A stretch of 64,000 bases of DNA, from NCBI RefSeq assembly GCF_004010195.1, contig NC_057711.1, positions 63,938,090 to 64,002,089 of the forward strand, written 5' to 3'. The notes beneath the pieces are model-generated. The model was not told the origin of the DNA. It did no database searches and saw only the letters and a program-made list of their open reading frames with translations. Positions 40,955-52,049 of this stretch are shown here, in pieces. Position 1 is the stretch's first letter. Every line of letters begins with the position of its first letter. A program made the position numbers and the translations under genes. This DNA is from Chiloscyllium plagiosum. Lineage: Eukaryota.

Positions 40955-41079
40955 TGGAGCCACAGTTTGCGGAGCTCCCGGCTGAAGGCGGCCTTCCTGC
41001 CCGAGTCCCTGCGCTCAGGGATGAGAACCTGCAACCGCTGCCCCAACACTGAGTCCGGCTTCCGACCGCAATCGCCAGC
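40955..41079 (-). CDS. CCDC112: CCDC112 coding exon 2
   Basis: cag|AGDCGRKPDSVLGQRLQVLIPERRDSGRKAAFSRELRKLWL CA|gtgagt, 125 nt. Phases 0/2 fit the neighbouring exons, and RKAAFSRELRKLWLQ aligns with human KKAEFVRTAEKFKNQ. Confidence 0.8.
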
Positions 41080-41163
41080 CTGTCGTACAGAGAGAATTTA
41101 ACCACAGCCTTTAAACGAGAAACTTCACACCGAATGCAAACAGCAGAAAGAGTGACTCCTCAC

Positions 41164-41190
41164 CATCGTCGCTGTTACTATGGTTGCCAT
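41164..41190 (-). CDS. CCDC112: CCDC112 coding exon 1
   Basis: aagATGG Kozak context, MATIVTATM|gtgagg, similar to the human MAALTTVVV start. The ten exons sum to 1488 nt = 495 aa plus stop. Confidence 0.7.
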
Positions 41191-41208
41191 CTTTGTCAAC
41201 AAAGTGCT

Positions 41209-41455
41209 GGGTGTACGCAGACGCAGCATGACCCAAACGGCCGGGGTTTACGCAGACGCAGAATGACCCAAACGGCCGGGGTTTACGCAGACGCAGACGC
41301 AGAATGACCTAAACAGCACGGGTGTGCGCAGATGTAGCATAACCCACCGGGCCCGGGTGTGCGCAGACGCAGAACGATTCACCGGGTTTGGGCGTGCTCA
41401 GACGCACAATGATTCACCGGGCTCGGGCGTGCGCCGACGCAGACTGACACCCAGG
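41209..41455. repeat. ~35-bp CpG-rich minisatellite (about 7 diverging units) in the bidirectional promoter
   Basis: Unit GGGTGTACGCAGACGCAGCATGACCCAAACGGCCG repeated in tandem with progressive divergence. Confidence 0.85.
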
Positions 41456-41501
41456 TACACTTATACCAAGAAGAGTGAATGCGCAGGTGCAAACACTCTG
41501 T

Positions 41502-41517
41502 CCGCTAGATGGCGCTG
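41502..41517 (+). promoter_or_regulatory. Candidate CTCF site
   Basis: CCGCTAGATGGCGCTG closely matches the CTCF core CCRSYAGRKGGCRS. Confidence 0.6.
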
Positions 41518-41879
41518 GAATTGCAGCAAAGGCACCGGCATCTCAGCAAAAAAACAACTTTGCAAAGCAAACATATGCAAGCAGAGTGCTGCAAGCTGGC
41601 ACAACTCCTACTGTAAATTTCTATCGACCCCCGCCTACTCACCAAACTCCTTCCTTTCATTCTGCACGCAGATATAGCAGATGTTGTAGAAGTTTTCCGC
41701 AAACGAAGTTGCTGTGTTGCAGAACGTCCATTGATTCATGAACTTTATGCATAATTGATAAAGAGGTATTAGGACTGTGGATTCTGCAAAATAAGCTTTT
41801 AGGCATGTTGACAACATGCAAATGAATATTCTGTTGGGAGTTAGCCACGTGGTGCAAGGAGTTTGCAGATTTCAGCAAA

Positions 41880-42285
41880 ATGGCAGAACAGCAGCAGAGG
41901 AGACAGAGATTGCCCAAATTCAGCTCAGATGAGCTGGAAGTATTGATTGCGGAGGTGACTGCGCATAAGGATCAACTTTTCAGTCGTGCCCACAGACTGT
42001 CACAGGGAGAGCGTGACAAGATATGGCAAGATATCACTGCCAAGGTCAACGCAGTCTCACAGGTCAAACGGTCTGTAAAGGCCATCAAGACCCGTTGGGA
42101 TGACCTTATGCGGCGCACTAAAGAAGTTGCCCATTTGGCACGAGAGGCACGTCAAATTCAAGTAGAACCCTCTGGAGCAGAAGATCTAATCCCAGAGGAA
42201 TGGAGGGTCCATCAGGTCATGCATCCTCAGTCTATACTTTGGATGGGTGGACTGGATCCTGCGGACTTTCCTTACTGGAGGGCAA
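41880..42285 (+). CDS. Myb/SANT-like DNA-binding (NAIF1/MSANTD-type, Harbinger-related) protein, coding exon 1
   Basis: aaaATGG start; RLPKFSSDELEVLIAEV..LF..KIWQDITAKVNAVSQVKRSVKAIKTRWDDL fits the Myb_DNA-bind_5 pattern; strong donor GCA A|gtaagt (phase 1). Confidence 0.9.
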
Positions 42286-43654
42286 GTAAGTGTTTCCCTT
42301 CAATGAATTCGTCATGCTTCTAAATATCATTTAATTTTCATTCTGTTTGTAACTAATGGACATTATAGAGAGATTAAATTATCATTTGAAATAATATTTT
42401 GCTTCACTTTGGGAGGTACTGATGGATATTTTCTAACCAACCTGTTCAGAGATGTTTTTAAGCACCTCTGGAGCAAGTGGGATTTGAATCAGACCTCCTA
42501 GCTCAGAGGTATGGACACTACCTCTGCATCATTGCTAAATATCATCAGATTCATAAAACAGAACCCCAGGCTACTGTTCTGGAGATATTGATTTGAATCG
42601 CACCAGATGATGGTGAAATTTGAATTCAATAGAACCTGGATTAAAAGCCTGCCAGGTAGTCATCAGAAAAGCCACTGTCAATTGTTGTAAAACTCATCTG
42701 GTTTAGCAACGTCCTTAAGGTTAGGAAATCTGCCACCTTATCTGGGCTGACTCTGGCAGCCTAAGCCATTCAGTTGTATCAGACCACTCCAACATCTCAA
42801 GAAAGGAATGGAAGTTCTCTCCGTGTGGTGCAGATTCGATGAGCCGATGGGCTCTTTCTGCCCTGCAGGAATTCTCTGATTCTATAACAGCACTGTGTCC
42901 CCACATACCATGGACAGCAACTGTTCCAGAAGGCAGACCACCAACACCTCGCCCAAGGCAGTAAGGGATGGGCAATAAATGGTAGCCGAGACAACGATGC
43001 CCATATCTCAAGAATAAACAAAACAAAATGCAAGTCCATTGGGACTGTTAAGTTACTTTTTGTGTAAAAAAACTCACCAGGAGATAGTTATGAAATGTGC
43101 GCTTCCTTTTTCCACGTTACAGTAATGACTACACTTCAGGAAGTAATTCACTATCTGTAAAGTGCTTTGGGATGTCCTGAGTTCATTGAGATGCTTCATA
43201 CAAATAAAAGTTTTTTTCTGAATTCATGGTCTAGACATTCATGTATTGGCTGGGCCAAATGACCCTTTTGTATGTTGTACTTGTATGTGCCAAAGTTCAG
43301 ATATGAATTGACTGTTTAAATAATGAAAAAAAAAACTAAAAAATATATTCCCACACCAACCGGCATGATAAAAAGCATAAGGGCTCAGAATCCATATTCA
43401 CACCTGGAATGACAGGTTAAAAAAAAACACATTCAGTTAAAATGAACTACTTCTGTCAGGTATTTCCAGACATAATATGAAAAGTAATGCCTCTTTAACC
43501 TCTTGTTTACTGGAGTAAGAGCTTGGCCCAGTCCAGTCAAGCTGTAGTAAATGGATCCATTTCCTGATTCTTTTGTCCTTTCAGTTTCTTGGTCATTGGC
43601 TTCTTGTTGAGATCAGAATTTACAGTGCAATTGGAAGAAACATCTTTTCCCCTT

Positions 43655-43992
43655 TTTTTTAGAATTCCTACAGAGTGGAAACAGGCTCTTCGGCTCAACA
43701 GGTCTACACTGACTCTCCGAAGAGTCTCCCACCCAAACCCATTACTCTATATTTACCCCTGACTAATGCACCTAGCTTACACATCCCTGAATACTTTGGG
43801 CAATTTAGCATAGCCAATTCACCTAACCTACACACCTTTGGATTGTGAGAGGAAACTGGAGCACCCAGAGGAAACCCACGCAGACATGGGGAGAATGTGC
43901 GAACTCCACAGATGGTCACCCAAGGCTGAAATCGAACCCGGGCCCTTGATGCTGTGAGGCAGCAGTGCTAACCAAAGCCACCATGCTGCCCA
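43655..43992 (-). mobile_element. tRNA-derived V-SINE (HE1-like)
   Basis: Same head, V-domain and CR1-like tail as 53233-53560. Confidence 0.85.
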
Positions 43993-44384
43993 TACGACTG
44001 CCTGTAAATTTTTCAACTGTAGCCCAATCAGATTTAGTGTGATTTGGTGCAGTCTAAAAGCTCACTCCCCTCTGTCCAAACAGTAGGCTTTCATCCTAAT
44101 CTGAGGGGAGTAAGGCCTACTGTTTGGATGTGAGTGATCTCAATTTGCATAACAGACATCTGAATGGCTCCTGAATGAGTTCAGTTGTCAGCAGTTTGTT
44201 TTGAACCTGATCTTGGCATTCTTCACCAAGGCTGTATTTTATGATTTTTGATTTGATTTATTTTTGTCACAAGTACCGAAATACAGTGAAAGGTTTTGTT
44301 TTGTCTGATAACCAGACAAATCAGACTTTACATAAGTATATCAGGGTAATAGAACAGAATGCAGAATATATTTTTACAGCTACA

Positions 44385-44700
44385 GAGAATCATGGAAACC
44401 CTAGAGTGTGGAAGCAGGCCATTCAGCCCATTAAGTCCACACCAACGCTCTGAAGAGCATCCCACCCAGATCCACTCTGATGCCCTATCCCTGTAACCTT
44501 GCATTTCCCATGGCTAATCCACCTAACCTACACATCTCTGGACACTGTGGGTAATTTAGCGTGACCAATCCATCTAACTTGCACATCTTTGGACTGTGGG
44601 AGGAAACCAGAAAGCATGGACACGGTGAAAATGTCATCCAAAGGTACCAAGGGTAGAATCAAACCTGGGTCCCAGCTAATCGCTGAGCCACCATACTGTC
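44385..44700 (-). mobile_element. V-SINE (HE1-like), more decayed
   Basis: Contains CACATCTTTGGACTGTGGGAGGAAACC and a tail homologous to the other copies. Confidence 0.75.
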
Positions 44701-46962
44701 CTTTGAGAAGGTGCAGAGGAAGATCAACTATGATATATGAGAGTTCTGTTCAGAAGTCTGATAACAGCCAAATCTGTTGTTGCGCATATTCAAAGTTTTG
44801 TATCTTTTACCCGATGGAGAGGGACAGAAAAAAGTATAACCGGGGTGGGGGGGGAACTTTGATTATGTTGGCTGCTTTCCCGAGGCAGCGGTCTTAGGCA
44901 GAGCAGATGCCTTGTCAAACTGTGATACATCCAAAATGATTTGGAGGTGCTGGTGTTGGACTGGGGTGGACAAAGTTAATTTAAATCACACAACACCAGG
45001 TTAGAGTGCAACAGATTTGTTTGGAGTGTTCCGAAAATTAGTACTTCCAAATAAACCTGTTGGACTATAAGCTAGTGTTGTGTGATTTTTAACTTTGTAT
45101 ATCTAGTTAGATTGCTTTCTAAGGTGGGCGTAAGAGTCATTGTGCACTTACTGAATTCCCTTAGCCTTCTGAGGAAGTAGAAGCGGTGGTGTGCTTACTT
45201 GACTGTAGCATCAATGTGGATGGACCAGGACAGATTGTTGCTGATATTTACTCCCAGGAACTTGAAGCCCTTGACCACCTCCATCTCAGCACCATTGATA
45301 CAGACAGGGTTGTGTCCTAAATGCACCTCAAGTCACTGTTTTGTTTTCTCAGTGAGCGCAACACTATACTTGGATCATGAATTTCCCTTGAATTGAGACT
45401 TTTCATGTGATCCTTATAATTATGAGGATGGAGACACTCCCAGCACATCCATCTCGGGTGGAATAAAACATAGGCTTGGGAAATGAAAAATCAAATTGCA
45501 GAGGGCTCTCCCACAATTTCATGTTTAAGTAGAGCTTTGAGATAGCTGAGAAAGCCACTATATAACCTGGGTTTGTCTATAAATGTACATAATGTCAAAA
45601 AAAACAAGAATGGAAATATACAGATATAGTAAATATGTGAAAAACATATTTATTTTTCAATTTGTCAATACCTTACTACAGCCTGGACTTGTGCATTAAA
45701 CGGCACTGAAAAATATTGGGGAGTTAGCAGTGGTAAAAGTCTTCTTTTGTTGCTTAGTGTGCAATTTTAAGACAAGGGCAATACAACCTGCCATCTCCTC
45801 AATGTAGCTAAGACTTCTATCTGGGTTTTCCTGCTGCAATCTCACGTCCGAGAATCTTTCGACAGCTTTTACTGCTTCAGCTCTGGAATACTGGCAGGTG
45901 GGCATTTATCAGGGTCTAACTCCACACCCTCACCATAATGCCATGACTTGAATTGGCCCAGCTATCCATCACTGCAGCTGTATTGCTATGGCCCTGGCTC
46001 TTTGCCAGTGTGATTCCTATTGCCTGCAGAGTTGGGAATGTTCTCTGCCGCAGCTGGTAGAGCCACCCTGCTTGGATCAGATGGTTAGGATCACATGGTT
46101 ATATTACCTTGTGTACATAGGTTTGATTAACGTGAAACTACCAGTCTGAAATTATTAGATTTCTTATTCTGCTGTGAGAATGGCTGACAACTTTATCACA
46201 GTCGGAGTTTCAGGTTATCTGGATTTGACTCATGATTTCACTCTACACTGACCCAATGCACCAGTACCTCTCCTATTGTTTTACTTTGATATATGCGGAG
46301 CTGAATCCATATCTAAATGAGATTTCTGTTCATACGGATTCATTGTGTACATCAGAATTAGGCGCAGCAGGATCAGTTCAGATATGGAGCATGCTGTGGA
46401 GTCAATTGATGATCTTAGTTTCTGTTACTGGATTGCCAGTCTTAATGTGCTTCTGTAAAAAAAGATTTGGCATGCAACTACCATATCAGGACTTGGTCAC
46501 ACAGTTCCCAGCCAGCTTTCCAGTGTAATACTGAGGCACTGCTACACTCCGAGAGCTGCTATCTTTTGATGAAATGTTAAACCATCGTCTTGACAGTTCA
46601 TTTGGATGGTCAAGATCCTTGGCACATTTTTAATCGATATTCAAATTAGTATCACTGTCATTTATCTCATTATTGGGATATCTGGCACAAAGCAACTGCT
46701 ACTTTTACATAAATCACACTTCTAAAGTATAGTGAACTTATATGGAATGTTTTAATTTGATTGGGGTGCCAAATTAATTCAAATATCATATAGATGTGGT
46801 AATATTGATTTAAAAGTGGAAAGTCTATCCTCTCCCCATGTTGTTCTTACATTATTGTAGTGCCCTATATCATCCTCAGCTCATCCCAAACTGTTGCGCA
46901 TTAGATTCTGTTTGAAGTGTGAGTGGTTGAAGGAGATAACATCAACTTTAAAGTTAAAATAT

Positions 46963-47330
46963 TGATCAATCCATGAAACAGAAATTGAAAGATAATACTT
47001 CCTCGCAGATTTAAAATCAGAGTGGTCCTAACAAAATGCAAGGCTGGATTTTATGGAGGAAACAGTTCCAAAGATAAAGAACTGCTTCAAAGCTGAATAC
47101 TAAATCAGAAGCGATACAAATGATGGGTATATGAATAGGAAGGGTTTCGAGAGATATGGGCAAAGTGCTGGCAAAGGGGACTAGATTAGTTTAGGATATC
47201 TGGTAGGCATGGATGAGTTGGACTGAAGAGTACATCTGTCATAGAGCTGTACATCTCTATGACTTTTAAGTTACTGCACTACTAAATTTAATAGGTTCTA
47301 TAGCTGATTATGTTAAATCACCGGAAGATA
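46963..47330 (+). mobile_element. Gypsy gag N-terminal fragment (inverted copy), interrupted by a CR1 tail
   Basis: GWILWRKQFQR*RTASKLNTKSEA [CR1 tail ~47123-47268] VTALLNLIG; reverse-complement homologue of 48500-48605 plus 49238-49373. Confidence 0.7.
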
Positions 47331-47399
47331 AGGGTAGGTAGAGACACTCAAGAGCAGCAGCCGTTGACAACAGCAAACATGCCCAAGCACTATTCATTT

Positions 47400-49373
47400 G
47401 GTTTGGTCACTTTTTGTCATTTCCTGAAGTTGTTTCTCAACTTGATTTATTAAGAATCTTTAGAAGAATAACGAAGAATCTTTCCTTAACAATATGTTGT
47501 ATTCATTACTGAGTTTGCCTGATTCTGTGAGCAATTTTTGATAGTCTGTCTCAAAGAAACTTTTCTCCTTATGGTGATGTAGGTTTTGAAGAAGATTGAA
47601 GACACAGTATGCTTTCTTGCTCAATAGTCTGGTTTCCTTACTTTCAATGATTGATGCATTCTCTACTATCTGACATCCTTTATGTTGTAAGATTAATTGC
47701 AGGTTATAACTTTTTTTAAAGCCTTAGCATTTGTTTGAATAATCCAGTCATACTTACCCCTGTATCAAGCTTAAATTGAGTACGATATCCAGTGACATAA
47801 ATAAATTCAGTCTTTTTGATAATGGTGGATCTTCTGTATGCTATAGGAATGCTTTGAGTACCTATTCCAATGGAGTTATATCTTCACATGAGGGTTTCTC
47901 TTTTAATGGAGATGGCTGATCTAGTGTATTAAGATCTTTATGTTAGTACGTCCACTGTTCTGGAACTTGTTTCAGACCCTACACATCTTTTGGAAGTTAC
48001 CCTTTTTTTAACAGATGCAATACACTTTGTCACAGCTGAACACTGCTTTTACCCTGTCAGGCGTTTTATGTCCCACCACACTAACACTGACTCGAAGCAT
48101 TTGATCTCATGCTTATTTTTTTTGTTGACTTGTCATATATCTGTTTAGAGTGTGTGTGTGATGTTAATAGGTTCTGTTCTTCTTATGTGGCGAGGTTGTT
48201 TTTTTCCTGTGAGGAGTTTTCTGTGATTTTCCCTCGTGTCTGCTTCATAGTCTCTGTGTGGTTTGCACAGTTAGATCTCCTTTGGTCTGTAATCTGTCTG
48301 ACAAAGACTGACCAAGTGTTCCTCCAGGAATTGTGACCTTTATGAACTTGGTCTGCAAGGTTCCATGTACACAGGTTTCAACTAACTTGGAGTGGTCACT
48401 CATGAAATTGTCTCTGAAATCCATCTTGCCTGTTGAAAAATTGTATTTGTTCTCAAGTAAAAGTATTGTCAAAGTTTTTATAACATAATCAAATCTTCTG
48501 GTGATTTATTACATCATCAACTGTAGGACCTATTAAATATAGTGGTGTAGTAACTTGTTCTGCTTCGGAGTTAGTGTTCAGCTTTGAAGCAGTTCTTTAT
48601 CTTAGTTAAAAATCACACAACACCAGATTATAGTCCAACAGGTTTAATTGGAAGCACACTAGCTTTCAGAGCGACGCTCCTTCATCAGGTGATAGTGGAG
48701 GGCTCAATCCTAACACAGAATTTATAGCAAAAATTTACAGTGTGATGTAACTGAAATTATACATTGAAAAATTGATTGTCAGTTAAGCCTTTCATCTGTT
48801 AGAATACATTGATAGTTTCACTTCTTTCATGTNNNNNNNNNNNNNNNNNNNNNNNNNNNNNNNNNNNNNNNNNNNNNNNNNNNNNNNNNNNNNNNNNNNN
48901 NNNNNNNNNNNNNNNNNNNNNNNNNNNNNNNNNNNNNNNNNNNNNNNNNNNNNNNNNNNNNNNNNNNNNNNNNNNNNNNNNNNNNNNNNNNNNNNNNNNN
49001 NNNNNNNNNNNNNNNNNNNNNNNNNNNNNNNNNNNNNNNNNNNNNNNNNNNNNNNNNNNNNNNNNNNNNNNNNNNNNNNNNNNNNNNNNNNNNNNNNNNN
49101 NNNNNNNNNNNTTTAAAAAAGTTGCATTCTCGGGTTAGCTGTTAACAATGGTGTTAGCTAGACAATATGTTGAAGGTGTTAGCCCCCTGTGTTCTCTGTC
49201 TATGCCATGATGTTTAGATTGATTCTAATCTAAAAAATTCTTTATCTTAGGAACTGTATCCTCCAAAAATTCCAATCTTGGGTTTTACTAGGAGCTCTCT
49301 GATTTTGAATTTGCTAGGAAATGTTATTTTTTAATTTCTCCTTTAATGGATTGACAAATATTCTGACTTTAAA
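47400..49373 (-). mobile_element. Decayed Gypsy LTR-retrotransposon gag-protease region
   Basis: In order on the minus strand: DWNFWRIQFLR*RTASKL..EQVTTPLYLIG, DNFMSD..SLSDRLQTKGDLT, zinc-knuckle remnant KGNFQKMCR and aspartic protease FKLDTGVS (~47750-47790). Confidence 0.8.
48606..49237 (-). mobile_element. Penelope 3'-terminal fragment with family B hammerhead (contains gap 48833-49111)
   Basis: TSD TTCTTTATCTTAG (48593-48605 / 49238-49250); near-identical to 60103-60470; ribozyme motif at 48657-48691. Confidence 0.85.
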
Positions 49374-50903
49374 GGTATGCAATATTTGTTTATAATTAAA
49401 TATTCTATCTGCTTGCCTTCTTATATTTAGGAATACAGTTTATTTGAATCACTGTAAACTTTGCTAGTGATGTGTGTCATTTTTCACCAGTCTTTGTTAT
49501 TTCAATTTCACAGTTGAACTGTATCAAATTCCTCTAATAAAGCTTGAAATTGTATTTACTGGGTATTCTACAGTGATCCTACTGGGTATTCTACAGTTTA
49601 TGCATCCGCTGCAGCCGGTGTGGCCTCCTCTATATTGGGGAGACAGGCCGCCCTGTTCTAGATTTTAAATTTTATTTTCTTGAAAAGGTCAAGTATTTTT
49701 AAATGGTGTGGCAATATTCTCCTAATAAAGCTTTTACAATTCTTTTAAATGTTTTAAAAGTTGTGGAAACTTTTAAATACATTTCTTAGTAGTGTTATTA
49801 TACCCTTCCTTATTTCAGGATTCAAAATGAAGGAATCCTGCTTCTTTTGTTTCTTTTTGGGAAGTTTCACGTCTTTTTGAACAAAATGGAGGGTACATGT
49901 CATTTTCTATTTTTGGGGTGATTGGCGCATTTTTCCCCTGACAAAATAGTATATTCATACTTGTTCCACTATTAAATATGTTCTGCATTTTTCCTTGCTA
50001 CTGACGTGCTTTATTCATCCTAATTGTCTTTTGCAGTGACTTGGAAGGTGAATTTTTTTGATGGTTCAAAGGAATTGATATATGTTCACTTTTACATTTC
50101 GTAAACCATTGTACCAAAAAATCGGTTACATTGTTGCAGAAGATAATGGTCGTGATAAGGGGTTAACATTCATATTACACCAGTCCCACCCATTCAACTG
50201 ATGGTTGAGACAGGGACAAGATATAGGTGTAACAGCTCTCAGTGGTCCTCATAATTAGGCAATAAACCTTCTTGTTATCTAAGAACAGTACCTCTCTTGT
50301 AGATACTCTTCACTAATTGCCAGATAGGCTCAAGATAAAGCAAAGAAAAAGGAGAATTGGTGTCAGTAACTTATTCCAAACAACCCTTAGGCAGTTGGTA
50401 GAGGTTGCAAATTCCAGAAGATACCTGGTGTCATCATCTTGGAAAATACCACAATGATAATGTTTCAGAATGTATACTGTTTGAACAAAAGGTTGTTTAA
50501 CTGACTAATTTGTTTATAACCTTTAAAAGGACAGTGTTGCTGTGGACTGTTGATCTTGCTCAATATTTTCCATTGTTTATATTAAAAAAAGATTGCAATG
50601 GTATAATGTGTTGCCAGTTGCACCTGAGGCCAAGAAAGTGTGTATTTTTATTTGAATTGCTGCTACAGACATTTCACTGATGGCCAACTCAGTAATTTCT
50701 GTAAATAATTTGGAGCGTGCTGTTCAATTCATCAAGTCAGCTCAAAACTGCCCATAATGCAATATAATTCAAATTTTAATACCATTTAAAATGATTAGTA
50801 GGTTTGAAGTTTTAAAACACATTATAGGGACCTTACTGATGGAAAACAGTGTTTGTCGGTTCTTGTGATTTAATACAGTAACCTCTAATTGTATTTTTTC
50901 CAG

Positions 50904-51589
50904 TAAAGGAAGAAGGAGGATCCTATGCAGAAGAAGCTGGTCCATCGAGAGAACAACTCATTTGCAATGAGGATGGAGCAAGAAGTTGGACACCATCCTC
51001 AGAATCTCCAACTAACCCTAATATGCCACCCTCACTATCAGAGACATACGTTTCTCACAGGGATGCATGCCCACCGCCCAATGCCAAATTAGTGAATGAA
51101 TTTGAAAGGCAACTGCTTGAATCTCAAAACCAGCAGACTGTACTCTTGAGAGATTTTTGGGTAGAATTCCAGCCCCTTATGCGGGATCTCATACAGGCAA
51201 CCCGGGAGTTAGCTCATGAAACTCACTTAGTAGCTGAGCATACCCATCAGGTGGCCCAGCAGACAAAGGGAGTGGCTGAGAACACCAGAGAATTGGTGCT
51301 GCAAAACCAGCAGTTACTCCTTCACACCCAGGAAATGGCACAAAACATCTCAGAGATGCATCTGTCCTTGCAGCGGCATTTCTCCCACACATCCCTTGAG
51401 CCACCAAGGCTCATGAGGTCCATGCTCGAACAACCAATCCACAAAACAAGTTCAGAAGGCCACTCTCCCATACACCCTCCTCAGCCCCAGAGTCTAGGAT
51501 CTTCTACAGTGCAGCAATCAGAAGCACTTTGTTTTGCATTAACAAGGAGGAAGTCTAGGACCCCCGAAAAGAAAAGACGATTAGTCTGA
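50904..51589 (+). CDS. Myb/SANT-like protein, coding exon 2 (coiled coil and basic tail); spliced product 363 aa
   Basis: ttttttccag|TA AAG GAA: phase matches the exon 1 donor and the frame is open for 686 nt to TGA. Heptad repeat and C-terminal RRKSRTPEKKRRLV; AATAAA at 51722-51727. Confidence 0.8.
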
Positions 51590-51721
51590 GGGAGACATGT
51601 GACATAGACTACAATGTGTCAAACAAAGATGTTTAATTCTTTACTGTATATATTTTAAAAATATTTTGTTATATTTTTGATTGCAACGTGTTGTTCAACT
51701 TTTTTTCTATGTATATGTCAA

Positions 51722-51727
51722 AATAAA
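51722..51727 (+). terminator. Candidate polyadenylation signal of the Myb/SANT gene
   Basis: AATAAA ~130 nt after the stop, followed by GT/T-rich sequence. Confidence 0.6.
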
Positions 51728-52049
51728 ACATCATTTGTTAGTTTTGTTTCAACCGTTTTTAAAGAATCTGACATAGAGCAGCATTGTGCCAAATCTGCAT
51801 GACAGGAAAAGTTTGATTTGTATTTACACTATCTTCATCCCTTCTAGGTGGCACACATTACATTATTGGATGATAGGACTAGCAATAGGTAGTTATCATG
51901 AAAAGCTAGGACACTGTTTAGTTCTTACCATTTTAAATTTGTTCACACGACATAGGTGTCATTGGGTAGGCCAGCATTTGTCTCCCATTCCCATTGTTAC
52001 CAAAGCTCTGGCCTGTGCCTCTATTCGTGCAACAAAGAAAAAAACTTCC

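Noticed and set aside
41209-41455. CRISPR-like appearance of ~35-bp repeats
   Set aside because: Units are directly tandem with no unique spacers, there are no cas genes, and the context is eukaryotic; it is a minisatellite.
48809-49138. ORFs across the gap and the apparent 279-bp gap size
   Set aside because: N-run artefact. The sister copy at ~60330-60355 has only about 20 bp between the same flanks, so the gap size is unreliable.
49557-49598. Short tandem duplication TACTGGGTATTCTACAGT x2
   Set aside because: Ordinary local slippage duplication with no further structure.
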